From a bacterium (lineage in GTDB: Bacteria > Myxococcota_A > Bradymonadia > UBA7976 > UBA1532): DNA of 62,168 bases. The position numbers were made by a program, and so were the translations under genes. Positions 9,026 through 18,400 of the stretch are shown here, in pieces (within the stretch, counting starts at the first letter, position 1; every line of letters begins with the position of its first letter). The notes under the pieces were generated by a model. It was given only the letters and a program-made list of their open reading frames with translations, had not been told where the DNA came from and did no database searches. The stretch is from positions 1 to 62,168 of the forward strand of contig JAUHXL010000001.1 of the NCBI GenBank assembly GCA_030426945.1, read 5' to 3'.

Positions 9026-9210
9026 CGCCCACCTCGCTGATTCATCTTCGCCGCCCCCGCCGTGCCGGCATCTCGTCGCTCGGCGTCAAGCCCTCGACGG
9101 TCCGGCGCTCCATCCGGGCGCCGCAGGTGCGCCCCGGGGAGCGTTCGCGCCCCGCGCCGCGGCGGACACCTCCCCGCCGCGCTCACTGGCCCGCCCCGCC
9201 CTGCCCTGAA

Positions 9211-9226
9211 AGCAACGCGCGGGCCA
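9211..9226 (-). promoter_or_regulatory. sigma54-type promoter candidate upstream of flhF
   Basis: The minus strand reads TGGCCC-GCGCG-TTGCT with correct GG-N10-GC spacing. It lies in the 216-nt flhA-flhF gap. Confidence 0.4.
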
Positions 9227-9241
9227 ACCCCGCCCCCCCGC

Positions 9242-11437
9242 TCACGCCGGGCTCGGCTGCAGGTCCGGCGCCCGACCGCGCGCCCCCGCGACGCTCGCCC
9301 GGCTCGGGGCCGCCGGCGCCAAGCCCCGGCCCACCTCGCCGTCACTGTTCACCTGCACCCCCGCCGCGATCTCCTTGTGCGACACCACGGCCAGCTGGGG
9401 CACGAAACGCTCCAGCAGGTTGCGGATGGGCCGCCGCAGCTCCGGCGCCGCCAGCAGCACCGGCATGAAGCCCATCATCGACTGCTGGTTCATCTGCTGC
9501 TCGAGCTGCTGCAGGAAGCGTTCGGCGATCTGCGGCGACACCGTCAGGTGGAAGTCACCGTCGATCTGTTGAATCGACCCGCGCAGGTGCTCCTCGAAGC
9601 CCCCGTCGATGGTGATGACGTGCACCTGTCCGTCCTCGGCCCGGATGCGGCTCGAGATGTACTTCGCCAGCCGCTGCCGCACGAACTCGGTCAGGATCTC
9701 GGGGTTCTTGGTGAGATGGACGTGATCGGCCAGCCCCTCGAGGATGGTGCGCAGGTCGCGAACGCTCAGCTGCTCGCGCAGCAGGTTCTTGACCACGCGC
9801 AGGACGTCGCCGAGCTGCAGCTTGGCCGGGATGAGATCCTCGACCACCTTCGGCGCCTGCTTGGCGAAGACGTCGAGCAGCTCCTGCAGCTCCTGCCGCC
9901 CGACCAGCTCGTGCGCGCTGTCCTTCAGCATCTCGCTGAGGTGCGTCGCCACGACCGTCGCGCAGTCCACCACCGTGTAGCCGAGCTGCTCGGCGCGATC
10001 CCGATGCTCCTCGGTGATCCAGATGGCGGGCAGGCCGAAGGCCGGCTCGGTCGTCTCGACGCCAGGCACCGTGCCGATCACCTCGCCCGGGTTCATGGCC
10101 AGGTAGCGATCGGGCAGCAGCTCGCCCGACGCGATCTCGACCCCCTTCACCAGCAGCGAGTAGCCGCCCGGTGGCAGCTGCAGGTTGTCGCGGATATGGA
10201 TGGGCGGGACGATGATGCCCATCTGGCTGGCGAACTGCCGCCGGATGCTCTGGATGCGATCGAGCAGCTCCCCGTTCTGGCTGCGATCGACGAGCGGGAT
10301 GAGGCCGTAGCCCACCTCGAGCTCGAGCAGATCGATGGGCAGCAGGCTCTCGATCTTCTCGGCCTCCGTGGGCGCGGGCCCCTCACCCTCCGCGCCCGCC
10401 GCGGTCGGCCGCGGCGTCCCATCGGGCCCGGTGGCCGGATCGCCCGCGTCGCCTTCGGCGGGGGCCGCGCGGGCGGCCAGGAACAGCAGCCCCGCGATCG
10501 AGAAGAAGATCAGGAAGGGCATGCCGGGCAGCAGACCGAAGCCGACGACGATGGCCGACACCATCAGCAGCACCTTGCGCGCCGCGAAGAGCTGACCGAT
10601 GAGCTCGGTGCCCAGATCGCTGCTGCCCGCCGCGCGCGACACGATGATGCCCGCCGCGGTCGAGATGACCAGCGCCGGGATCTGGCTCACGAGGCCGTCG
10701 CCCACCGTCAGGATCGTGTAGGTCGCGGCCGCCTCGGCGGCGGGCAGGCCGTGCTGCGCGATGCCGATGATGAAGCCGCCGATGATGTTGATGACGGTGA
10801 TGAGGATGCCGGCGATCGCGTCGCCGCGGACGAACTTCGAGGCGCCGTCCATCGCGCCGTAGAAGTCCGCCTCGGCCTCGATCTCGGCCCGCCGCGATCG
10901 GGCGACGTCCTCGCTGATCAGGCCGGCGTTCAGATCGGCGTCGATGGCCATCTGCTTGCCGGGCATGGCGTCGAGGGTGAAGCGGGCGCCCACTTCGGCG
11001 ATCCGACCGGAGCCCTTGGTGATGACCACGAAGTTGATGATGACCAGGATGACGAACACGATGATGCCGACGACGTAGCTGCCGCCGACCACGAAGGTGC
11101 CGAAGGTCGAGATGATCTCGCCGGCCGCGTCGGGCCCTTCACTCCCGTTGAGCAGGATGAGCCGGGTGGACGCGATGTTGAGCGTCAGCCGGAACAGCGT
11201 CGCCACCAGCAGCAGGGCCGGGAAGGCCGAGAACTCGAGCGGGCGCTTCATGTAGAGCGACACCACCAGCACGGTCAGGCCGAGCGTGATGTTCAGCGCC
11301 AGCAGCGTGTCCAACAGGAAGGTCGGGATGGGCAGCACCATCAGCAGCAGCAGCCCCACCACCGCGGCGGTGAAGATCAGGCTGCCGTGCCGCTGGCCGA
11401 AGGTGCCGCGTCCGATCGCGGGAGTGTCCATGCTCAT
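9242..11437 (-). CDS. flhA: flagellar type III export gate protein FlhA
   Basis: The N-terminal domain is polytopic and carries the FHIPEP motif RIAEVGARFTLDAMPGKQMAIDADL. A large cytoplasmic C-domain follows. 731 aa. Confidence 0.95.
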   Translation of the reverse strand: MSMDTPAIGRGTFGQRHGSLIFTAAVVGLLLLMVLPIPTFLLDTLLALNITLGLTVLVVSLYMKRPLEFSAFPALLLVATLFRLTLNIASTRLILLNGSEGPDAAGEIISTFGTFVVGGSYVVGIIVFVILVIINFVVITKGSGRIAEVGARFTLDAMPGKQMAIDADLNAGLISEDVARSRRAEIEAEADFYGAMDGASKFVRGDAIAGILITVINIIGGFIIGIAQHGLPAAEAAATYTILTVGDGLVSQIPALVISTAAGIIVSRAAGSSDLGTELIGQLFAARKVLLMVSAIVVGFGLLPGMPFLIFFSIAGLLFLAARAAPAEGDAGDPATGPDGTPRPTAAGAEGEGPAPTEAEKIESLLPIDLLELEVGYGLIPLVDRSQNGELLDRIQSIRRQFASQMGIIVPPIHIRDNLQLPPGGYSLLVKGVEIASGELLPDRYLAMNPGEVIGTVPGVETTEPAFGLPAIWITEEHRDRAEQLGYTVVDCATVVATHLSEMLKDSAHELVGRQELQELLDVFAKQAPKVVEDLIPAKLQLGDVLRVVKNLLREQLSVRDLRTILEGLADHVHLTKNPEILTEFVRQRLAKYISSRIRAEDGQVHVITIDGGFEEHLRGSIQQIDGDFHLTVSPQIAERFLQQLEQQMNQQSMMGFMPVLLAAPELRRPIRNLLERFVPQLAVVSHKEIAAGVQVNSDGEVGRGLAPAAPSRASVAGARGRAPDLQPSPA

Positions 11438-11449
11438 CGCTCCGCTCGC

Positions 11450-12643
11450 TCAGCGTCGTCGCCGTCCGGCGCCGCCCATGTCGACCACGTCCTCGATGGG
11501 GCGCCGCGGGGCGGCCCCGGCCTGCCCAACGGTGACCGCCCCGCGCCCCGCGGTGCTCCCCGGGGCGGCGATCCCCTGCTCGTTCCGAAGGCGGTAGACG
11601 TAGGCGAGCACCTCGGCCACCGCGCGATAGAAGTCCGAGGGCACCGGCCGTCCGACCTTGACCCAGCGCGAGTTATACAAGCCACGTGCCAGCGGGACGT
11701 TCTCGACCATCGGGACGTTGTGGGCGCGGGCGAGGCGACGAATGTGCATCGCCATCTCGTCGGCGCCCTTGGCCAGCACGATGGGCGCAGCGTCGACGCC
11801 TTGGCGATACCGCAGCGCCACCGAGAAGTGGGTCGGGTTGTTGACGACCACGTCGGCCTGGGGCACCGCCTGCGCCAGCTTGCCCTGCGCGATCTCCATC
11901 GCCCGGCGACGCTGCTGACCCTTGACGTGCGGGTTGCCCTCGTACTGCTTCGCTTCGTCCTTCACCTCCTGCTTCGTCATCTTCATCTTCTCCTCCATCA
12001 CGTACTTGTTCCACGCGTAGTCCGCGATGGCGATGACGATGAGGACGAGCGTCACGTTGACGAGCACGGCGAGGCAGCGATCGATCAGGAACCGAATGCC
12101 CATCCCCAGGGGCAGCGTGGACAGCGCGTGAATGCGGTGGGAGTCCGTCTCGACCGTCAGGTACACCACCGTCCCGACCACCGCGATCTTCGCCAGGCTG
12201 CCGAACAGGTTGCCCAGCGCCTGCTTGTTGAAGAAGGTCGAGATGAAGCGGGTGAACACGTTGAGCTTGTTCAGGTCGGGCTCGAGCGGCTTGGTCGTGA
12301 ACAGCAGCCCGGTCTGCGCGACGCTGCCCAGCACGCTCACGACGACGATCGCGAGCACCAGGGGCGCCAGCATCCAACCGATCTCGACCATCGAGTCGGA
12401 CAGCATGTGGTGCAGTCCGCCCTGACCGAAGTCGGGCCGGTCGACGACCAGGAAGTGTCGCGCGAAGCTCGAGACGCCGCGCCAGAGGCGGTCGCCGAAG
12501 ATCCAGAAGTAGCCTACGGCGGCGAACAGCACCAGCACCGACAGGATGTCCCGCGAGCGGGCGATGTCACCCTTCTCGCGAAACTCCTCGCGGCGTTTCT
12601 CGGTCGCTGGTTCTGTCTTTTCTCCGCCATCGCTCTCGGCCAT
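11450..12643 (-). CDS. flhB: flagellar export switch protein FlhB
   Basis: N-terminal EKTEPATEKRREEFREKG. The NPTH autocleavage site is present (VVVNNPTHFSVAL). Confidence 0.95.
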   Translation of the reverse strand: MAESDGGEKTEPATEKRREEFREKGDIARSRDILSVLVLFAAVGYFWIFGDRLWRGVSSFARHFLVVDRPDFGQGGLHHMLSDSMVEIGWMLAPLVLAIVVVSVLGSVAQTGLLFTTKPLEPDLNKLNVFTRFISTFFNKQALGNLFGSLAKIAVVGTVVYLTVETDSHRIHALSTLPLGMGIRFLIDRCLAVLVNVTLVLIVIAIADYAWNKYVMEEKMKMTKQEVKDEAKQYEGNPHVKGQQRRRAMEIAQGKLAQAVPQADVVVNNPTHFSVALRYRQGVDAAPIVLAKGADEMAMHIRRLARAHNVPMVENVPLARGLYNSRWVKVGRPVPSDFYRAVAEVLAYVYRLRNEQGIAAPGSTAGRGAVTVGQAGAAPRRPIEDVVDMGGAGRRRR

Positions 12644-12712
12644 CGGCCGCGCCCTCCCCTCGACCGATCCGGGCGCCCGTCATGGGCCCCGTCGGTCGGT
12701 GCGTCGCGGCGT

Positions 12713-12728
12713 TGCAACGCTCGGGCCA
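12713..12728 (-). promoter_or_regulatory. sigma54-type promoter candidate upstream of flhB
   Basis: The minus strand reads TGGCCC-GAGCG-TTGCA. It lies about 70 nt upstream of the flhB ATG, in the fliR-flhB gap. Confidence 0.45.
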
Positions 12729-12746
12729 CCGCGCCGCCCGGACCGT

Positions 12747-13562
12747 TCAGGCCCGGGGGGCGAAGCTGTACATGAGGCGCAGCGCGGACCGGATGGCCTC
12801 CTCGACCAGATCCTCGAAGAGCAGCGCCGTCGAGGGGAGCGACAGGCCCAGCACCAGCAGCCCGAGGCTGATGGTGAACAGGAAGCCGATGACGAAGATG
12901 TTCACCTGCGGCACCGTGCGCGCGATGGTCGCCAGCCCGACGTTGACCAGCAGCACCACGCAGACCGTCGGCAGCGCGATGCGCAGCCCGATGCTGAACA
13001 GCTCGCCGCCCAGCCGCACCAGCTCGCCGACGATCGGCCCGGTCTGCATCACCGCGCCGCCCAGGGGCACCAGCTCGAAGCTGTCGAACAGCGCGCGCAG
13101 CATCAGCACGTGGCCGTCGAACACGAGGAACAGCATCAACCCCAGGAGGTTGAGCACCTGCGCGACCACGCCCACCTGCTGGAAGGTGGTGGGATCGACG
13201 ACGTTCGCGATGGCGAAGCCCATCTGGATGCCCACCAGCTGCCCGGTGAACGCCAGCGCGCCGAAGAGCACCATCACCGCCAGCCCCATGGTGCCGCCGA
13301 CGATCGCCTCGCTCAGCACCGCGCCGGTCAGGTTGATCGGCTCCAGCGGGCCCGGCGCGGGCATCGGACCCGTCGAGACCATGACGAGCAGCGTCAGAAC
13401 CCCGACGAGGCCCATCTTCGACGACATGGGGATCGAGGGCGCCGAGAAGATCGGCGCGGTGGCCACCAGGGCGGCGATGCGGACGAGGACCAGCGAGAAC
13501 GCGTACACGTACGGGCCGAGCACCGCGAAGATGCTGTCCGCGTCGAGGACGGTGGGTGTCAT
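12747..13562 (-). CDS. fliR: flagellar export apparatus protein FliR
   Basis: A 271-aa polytopic membrane protein in the fliP-fliQ-fliR-flhB position. Confidence 0.88.
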   Translation of the reverse strand: MTPTVLDADSIFAVLGPYVYAFSLVLVRIAALVATAPIFSAPSIPMSSKMGLVGVLTLLVMVSTGPMPAPGPLEPINLTGAVLSEAIVGGTMGLAVMVLFGALAFTGQLVGIQMGFAIANVVDPTTFQQVGVVAQVLNLLGLMLFLVFDGHVLMLRALFDSFELVPLGGAVMQTGPIVGELVRLGGELFSIGLRIALPTVCVVLLVNVGLATIARTVPQVNIFVIGFLFTISLGLLVLGLSLPSTALLFEDLVEEAIRSALRLMYSFAPRA

Positions 13563-13572
13563 GGCGCGGGGC

Positions 13573-13842
13573 TCAGCCCGGCACCGACGGCAGGTTCTCG
13601 AAGACGCGCGTGGTGTAGGTCACCAGGTGCGTCAGCATCCAGCTGCCGAACAGCATCAGCGCGCCGACGATGGCGATGATCTTCGGGATCAGGGCCAGCG
13701 TCTGCTCGTTGATCTGCGTGACCGCCTGGAACACCGAGACGGTCAGACCCACCACCAGGCCCAGCATCAGCGCGGGCAGCGACAGCATCGCCGCGGTGGT
13801 GATCGCTTCCTGGAAGAACGTGATGACGAAGCTGGAAGACAT
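13573..13842 (-). CDS. fliQ: flagellar export apparatus protein FliQ
   Basis: An 89-aa two-TM protein with the FliQ/SctS-type motif AVTQINEQTLALIPKI. Confidence 0.92.
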   Translation of the reverse strand: MSSSFVITFFQEAITTAAMLSLPALMLGLVVGLTVSVFQAVTQINEQTLALIPKIIAIVGALMLFGSWMLTHLVTYTTRVFENLPSVPG

Positions 13843-13843
13843 C

Positions 13844-14632
13844 TTAAGCGAAGCTCCTGATCAGGCTGCCGACGAGCAGGTTCCAGCCGTCGACGAGCAC
13901 GAAGAGCATGATCTTGAAGGGCAGCGAGATCAGGATCGGCGGCAGCATCATCATGCCCATCGCCATCAGGATCGACGCCACCACCATGTCGAGCACCAGG
14001 AACGGGATGTAGAGCATGAAGCCCATGGTGAACGCGGTCTTCAGCTCGCTCAGCACGAAGGCCGGCACCAGCTGCCAGGTGCTGACGTCGGCGCGCGTGC
14101 GCGGCTTGTCGTTGCCGGCCGCCTCGACGAACAGCCCCAGATCCTTCTGCCGGGTGTGCGCGAACATGAAGGCCCGCACCGGCGCCACCGCGCGCTCGAG
14201 GGCCACCGTCTGACCGATGGTGCCCTCGACGTAGGGCTGCAGCGCCTCCTCGTTGACCTTGCTCCACACCGGCTGCATCACGAAGACCGTCAGGAACAGG
14301 GCCAGCGCGATCATCACCTGGTTGGGCGGCGACTGCTGGGTGCCGAGGGCCTGCCGGAGGAACGAGAAGACGATGACGATGCGCGTGAAGCTGGTCATCG
14401 TCAGCAGGATCGCCGGCGCCAGCGTCAACACCGTCAGCAGCGCGAGGATGCGCAGCACGCCGACCCAGTCGGCCTCGCCGCCGCCCACCGCCAACTCCAC
14501 GCGCGGGAGTGACAGCGGGTTGACGGGCCCGGCGGGGGGCTGCAGCGGAGGCTGCCCCTGCGCCCAGGCCGCCGCGCAGATCAGGAGTGTGGCGAGCCCC
14601 ACCAGGCTCGCGATGAGCGTGCGCGTGCGCAT
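13844..14632 (-). CDS. fliP: flagellar export apparatus protein FliP
   Basis: A signal peptide is followed by the conserved FliP core (TSFTRIVIVFSFLRQALGTQQSPPNQV ... GFMLYIPFLVLDMVVASILMAMGMMMLPP). Confidence 0.95.
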   Translation of the reverse strand: MRTRTLIASLVGLATLLICAAAWAQGQPPLQPPAGPVNPLSLPRVELAVGGGEADWVGVLRILALLTVLTLAPAILLTMTSFTRIVIVFSFLRQALGTQQSPPNQVMIALALFLTVFVMQPVWSKVNEEALQPYVEGTIGQTVALERAVAPVRAFMFAHTRQKDLGLFVEAAGNDKPRTRADVSTWQLVPAFVLSELKTAFTMGFMLYIPFLVLDMVVASILMAMGMMMLPPILISLPFKIMLFVLVDGWNLLVGSLIRSFA

Positions 14633-14689
14633 CGACGGCGTCCTCGAGCGTCGGAGTGTCGGAGCGTTCCCGGCGGGCTCGGGCCCGGC

Positions 14690-16168
14690 TCAGGCCCCCT
14701 GAAGCTGACGGATCCGGGCCAGCAGATCGGCGCCGTCGTCCACCGGCTGCGCGGGACGGCGGACCGGGGTGGCCGTGCGGCGCGGGGCGCGGCGCGCCAC
14801 CCGGACGACCGGCTCGTCCTCGACGGCGTCGGCGAGGGCGTCGAGGGCGTCCATCTCGGCCGCCTCGCGCACCGCCTCCTGCTCGCGAGCGAAGAAGTCA
14901 CGCTCGAGGTCGCTGCTCGACACGTCGTCGGTGTCCGCCTCGACCGGGCGCGCCGTCGCCGCGCGGATGCGGGCCACCGCCCGCCCGAGCTTCTCGGCGA
15001 AGGCCCCGACCGGGCTCGAGGGCGGGGTCGTGGCCAGGGCCTCGGCCGCCTCGCGGCCCGGCAGCGCGTCGGCCGGGATGGCCTGGGCGCTGGGCACCAC
15101 CGCCGGCTCGAAGCTCGCCCGCGCCGCGGCGGCGTCCCCCGCCCCGTCGCGGTTGCGATCGATCTTCGTCAACATCTGGACGCCCTTGTCGCTGGTGCCG
15201 AGCAGCACCATCTCGCCGGCGACGTCGACCAGCAGCAGGCTCTGCTTGGGGCCCAGCAGGTGGCTGCCCACCGGCTTGATCAGCGGGCCCTGCCCCGCGC
15301 GGGGCGGGGCGCTGCGCAGCTTCCGCCACATGAACGCGCCGGCGCCGAGCAGCATCAGCAGGGCCATCAGCACCGGGCCCACGCCGGGGCCATCCGCGGG
15401 CGCGCCGGCCATGGCGGCGCTCAGGGGGGCCGCCTCGGCGTCGGCGGCCGTCGGCAGCGCGGTCGCCTCGGGATCGATGGGCTGGGCCTCCTCGAGCGCC
15501 GCGACCCCCTCGACGGGCGCGGCGGCGGGCTCGGGCGCGGCCTCCGCCGGCGCGGGCGCGTCCACCTCGGCCAGCGGCGCGGCCTCGGCGGCGCCCGCGA
15601 CGGCCGCCTCCGCGGCCTGCTCGGCGGCCTCCTCGGCGGCGTCCTCGGGCGCGGCCGGCGCGGCGGCCACCGCCTTCGGCGCGTCACCGGCGGCCCAGTC
15701 GGCCGCGATGGCGTCGGTGCGCGGCACCTGCACCACCAGCGCGCCGCCCTCGCGACGCACCATGATGTTGCGCAGCATCGCGTCGCTCAGCGGCCGCTTC
15801 AGCCGCATCCGCACCACGGCCGCCGGCGCCTGACGCCGCGACGGGTGCAGCAGGGTCCGCTTGACCAGATCATCGGGCGTCTCGAGCCACACCCGGTCGG
15901 CCTGCGTGTTCTCGACCCGCAGCATCAGCACCGGACCCTCGGCGCGCGCCGACAGGTCGGTCTCGGTCAGCGCCGGCGCGGCGTGCAGCGAGAACTCCAG
16001 CGCGTCGTCGGTGCCCACGAAGTCGACCTTCGTCAGCGTCTTGACGACCTCCGCCTGAGCGTTGACGACGCCGGGCGCCACGCCCAGCGTCAGCAGGACG
16101 GCCCACACGGTGGTGGATCGGCCGATCAGGGTGGCTCGGAGCAGGTTTCGCGCGTGGTACGGGCGCAT
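14690..16168 (-). CDS. fliO: atypically large FliO: signal peptide, AMIN-like periplasmic domain, Ala/Pro/Glu linker, TM helix, FliO core, acidic tail
   Basis: The TM helix (VLMALLMLLGAGAFMWRKL) and LIKPVGSHLLGPKQSLLLVDVAGEMVLLGTSDKGVQMLTKI align with E. coli FliO ..LKISASASLGARERVVVVDVEDARLVLGVTAGQINLLHKL. The gene sits immediately upstream of fliP. The N-terminal ~140 aa (VKTLTKVDFVGTDDALEFSLH...GPVLMLRVEN) resemble an AMIN domain. Confidence 0.8.
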   Translation of the reverse strand: MRPYHARNLLRATLIGRSTTVWAVLLTLGVAPGVVNAQAEVVKTLTKVDFVGTDDALEFSLHAAPALTETDLSARAEGPVLMLRVENTQADRVWLETPDDLVKRTLLHPSRRQAPAAVVRMRLKRPLSDAMLRNIMVRREGGALVVQVPRTDAIAADWAAGDAPKAVAAAPAAPEDAAEEAAEQAAEAAVAGAAEAAPLAEVDAPAPAEAAPEPAAAPVEGVAALEEAQPIDPEATALPTAADAEAAPLSAAMAGAPADGPGVGPVLMALLMLLGAGAFMWRKLRSAPPRAGQGPLIKPVGSHLLGPKQSLLLVDVAGEMVLLGTSDKGVQMLTKIDRNRDGAGDAAAARASFEPAVVPSAQAIPADALPGREAAEALATTPPSSPVGAFAEKLGRAVARIRAATARPVEADTDDVSSSDLERDFFAREQEAVREAAEMDALDALADAVEDEPVVRVARRAPRRTATPVRRPAQPVDDGADLLARIRQLQGA

Positions 16169-16256
16169 GGATCCCCCTTCGCAGCGCGTGCAGACGCGCG
16201 GCGTGTGTTCTCGACGGCAATCACTGTCTGGGGCCGTCAGGCTCGGGGGACTCTTT

Positions 16257-16272
16257 TGCAGATGCCGTGCCG
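16257..16272 (-). promoter_or_regulatory. sigma54 promoter upstream of the AMIN-fliO / fliPQR / flhBA string
   Basis: The minus strand reads CGGCAC-GGCAT-CTGCA with exact GG-N10-GC spacing. It lies about 90 nt upstream of the fliO start. Confidence 0.6.
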
Positions 16273-16287
16273 ACCTCGAGGTCGGCA
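16268..16287. repeat. Perfect 20-bp palindrome overlapping the -24 element
   Basis: TGCCGACCTCGAGGTCGGCA is its own reverse complement. It lies 16 nt downstream of the fliN stop. Confidence 0.8.
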
Positions 16288-16302
16288 GCGTTCGACGGTC
16301 GG

Positions 16303-16578
16303 TCAGTCGCGCAGGCGCTGGACGCGCTCGAGGGGCGAGACGACCTCGGTGAGGCGGACGCCGAACTTCTCGTTGACCACCACGGCCTCGCCGCGCGCGA
16401 TCACCTTCTCGTTGACGACGATGTCCAGCGACTCGCCGGCGAGCTTGCTCAGCTCGACGACCGACCCGGTCGACAGCACCAGCAGATCGCGGATCAACAT
16501 GCGGGTGCGACCGAGGACCACGGCAAGCTCGAGCTCGACGTCGTAGAGGAACTCGATGTTGCGGACCTCGTCGGCCAT
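16303..16578 (-). CDS. fliN: flagellar motor switch protein FliN (SpoA domain)
   Basis: The SpoA-type C-ring domain reads VELELAVVLGRTRMLIRDLLVLSTGSVVELSKLAGESLDIVVNEKVIARGEAVVVNEKFGVRLTEV. I prefer the ATG at 16578 to the GTG at 16584 because of AGGGAGA Shine-Dalgarno spacing. Confidence 0.9.
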   Translation of the reverse strand: MADEVRNIEFLYDVELELAVVLGRTRMLIRDLLVLSTGSVVELSKLAGESLDIVVNEKVIARGEAVVVNEKFGVRLTEVVSPLERVQRLRD

Positions 16579-16666
16579 CAGCACTCTCCCTGGCGGCCCG
16601 AGGATCGATCCCCGAGCCCGACGTGGGCCACCGCTCCGGTCGGCCCGATGATCTCGGCGCGACGTC

Positions 16667-17719
16667 TCAGGCCGGCGACTTCGCGCCGTCGAGCACGGGC
16701 GGCCCCTTCTTCCGGGGGCGCTCCACCGGTACGTCGTTGACGACCTGGGCGGCGATGACGCCGGCGCGCTCGACCGGCGTCACGCGGAACTTCGTCGAGC
16801 CCTCGACGTACATCGGCAGGGGCTCGGTCTGGGGCTGATCCAGCGTGATGACGTCGCCCGGCGCGAGGCTCAGCAGGTCGCGCACGGTGATGCGGCTGGT
16901 GCCCAAGAGCACCTCCGCGCGCACCGGCACGTCGTGCAGGTGCTGGGCGATCTGATCCAACCAACCCGAGTCCTCGTCGGTCGTCTCGGCCTGGATGCCG
17001 CTCGACAGGTACTGCCGGATGGGCTCGATGGTGCTGTACGGGATGACCACCTGCACGGTGCCGCGCAGGTTCTCCATCTCGAGCTCGAAGCTGGTCAGCA
17101 CCACCACGTCGCTCGGCGGCACCACCGCGAGGAACTGCGGGTTGATCTCCGTGCGCAGATACTCCCCCCGGATGGGGTACACCGGCTGCCACGCGCGCTC
17201 GAGATCGTCGAGCAGCAGGTTGACCACCTTCTTGATGATCATCAGCTCGATCGCGGTGAAGTCCCGCCCCTCGACCCGCTCCTGCGCGTTGGTGGCGCCG
17301 CCGAAGAAGTTGTTGAGGAAGGCGAAGATCAGCTTCGCCTCGATGGCCACGATGCACGAGCCGCGCAGCGGGTGCAGGCGCACGATGTTCAGGCAGCTCG
17401 GGATGGGGAGGTAGTTCAGGAACTCCCCGTACTTCATCAGGCTGGTGCTCTCGACCGACACCTGCAGGATCTTGCGCAGGCTGTTCGACAGCGTGATGCG
17501 GAACTGCCGCGCGAAGCGATCGTTGATGATGTCGAGCGTCGGCATCCGACCGCGGATGATGCGGTCCTGACTCAGCAGGTCGTACTTGACGGCCCCCGCG
17601 CCCGACTCGCCCGCGACGACGCTGCCGACGCCTTCGCCGGCCTCCACGTCGACCTTGCCCTCGTTGACCGCCGAGAGCAGCGCGTCGATCTCGTTCTGCG
17701 AGAGGATCTGCTCGGCCAT
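16667..17719 (-). CDS. fliM: flagellar motor switch protein FliM
   Basis: The N-terminal LSQNEIDALL matches the CheY-P binding peptide. 350 aa, with a C-terminal SpoA-like domain. Confidence 0.93.
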   Translation of the reverse strand: MAEQILSQNEIDALLSAVNEGKVDVEAGEGVGSVVAGESGAGAVKYDLLSQDRIIRGRMPTLDIINDRFARQFRITLSNSLRKILQVSVESTSLMKYGEFLNYLPIPSCLNIVRLHPLRGSCIVAIEAKLIFAFLNNFFGGATNAQERVEGRDFTAIELMIIKKVVNLLLDDLERAWQPVYPIRGEYLRTEINPQFLAVVPPSDVVVLTSFELEMENLRGTVQVVIPYSTIEPIRQYLSSGIQAETTDEDSGWLDQIAQHLHDVPVRAEVLLGTSRITVRDLLSLAPGDVITLDQPQTEPLPMYVEGSTKFRVTPVERAGVIAAQVVNDVPVERPRKKGPPVLDGAKSPA

Positions 17720-17729
17720 GCGGCGTACC

Positions 17730-18254
17730 TTACTGCACGATCCACTCGTCCGGCCACACGCCCACCACGCGCCCCTTGGACAGCGAGGCGTTCACGCGCC
17801 GAATCATCGCCTTGCGCAGCGCCTCCATGCTCTCCGGCCCCTGAACGTCGGCGACGCGCTGACCGCTGAGCAGCATGGTGATCTGGTACCGGATCTGACT
17901 CAGACGCGACTCGACCTCGGCGCGGGTCTCCTCGCTGTCGAGCTCGAGCTGGATCTTCGTCTTCAGGTAGCGATCCCCGGTCGGTTCGCGCAGGTTCACC
18001 ACCAGCGTGCCGAGCTCCATCATCGGGCCGGGCTGCCCCTCGGCGCCGCCGGGCCGATCCGCCGCGGCCTGCATCTCGGCCGCCTCCATCCCCTGCTCCG
18101 GCGACATGGGCGCGTCCCCGCCGCGCAGCACCACGAAGGCCGCGAGTCCCAGGAGGCCCAGGGTGTTGATGCCCCCGAGGATCAGGAGGATCTTGCCCGC
18201 GCCGCCGCCTTTGCTCTCTTCGGCGCCCTCTTCCTGCTCTTCGACTTCGGCCAT
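17730..18254 (-). CDS. fliL: flagellar basal-body-associated protein FliL
   Basis: An acidic N-terminus and a single TM helix are followed by LGTLVVNLREPTGDRYLKTKIQLELD, the FliL signature. The gene lies directly upstream of fliM. Confidence 0.88.
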   Translation of the reverse strand: MAEVEEQEEGAEESKGGGAGKILLILGGINTLGLLGLAAFVVLRGGDAPMSPEQGMEAAEMQAAADRPGGAEGQPGPMMELGTLVVNLREPTGDRYLKTKIQLELDSEETRAEVESRLSQIRYQITMLLSGQRVADVQGPESMEALRKAMIRRVNASLSKGRVVGVWPDEWIVQ

Positions 18255-18357
18255 CTCACTCCCTCGCCGTACCGGCGCGCGTCCGCGACGCGCGCACCGC
18301 CATCAGGCCAACGCCGCCCGACAAAAGCAACCTCGGCGGGCGTCCGCTCCACCCCCG

Positions 18358-18400
18358 CCCATCAAAGACGAACGCCCGGCGTGGGTCGCGCCGGGCGTTC
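18358..18400 (-). terminator. Intrinsic terminator candidate between the flgE region and fliL
   Basis: A 12-bp GC stem, GAACGCCCGGCG / CGCCGGGCGTTC (18370-18381 / 18389-18400). On the minus strand it is followed by GTCTTTGATGGG. Confidence 0.5.

Noticed and set aside
9062-12775. A 1237-aa plus-strand ORF. Similar long antisense ORFs occur at 6410-9040, 41291-44467, 1908-3896, 56102-57832, 48574-50301, 58373-59956 and 59929-61500.
   Set aside because: All are antisense to genes with clear family signatures (flhA/flhB, flhF/flhG, the GltD-like gene, and others). Their translations are Arg/His/Gly/Asp-rich with no motifs. They are shadow ORFs.
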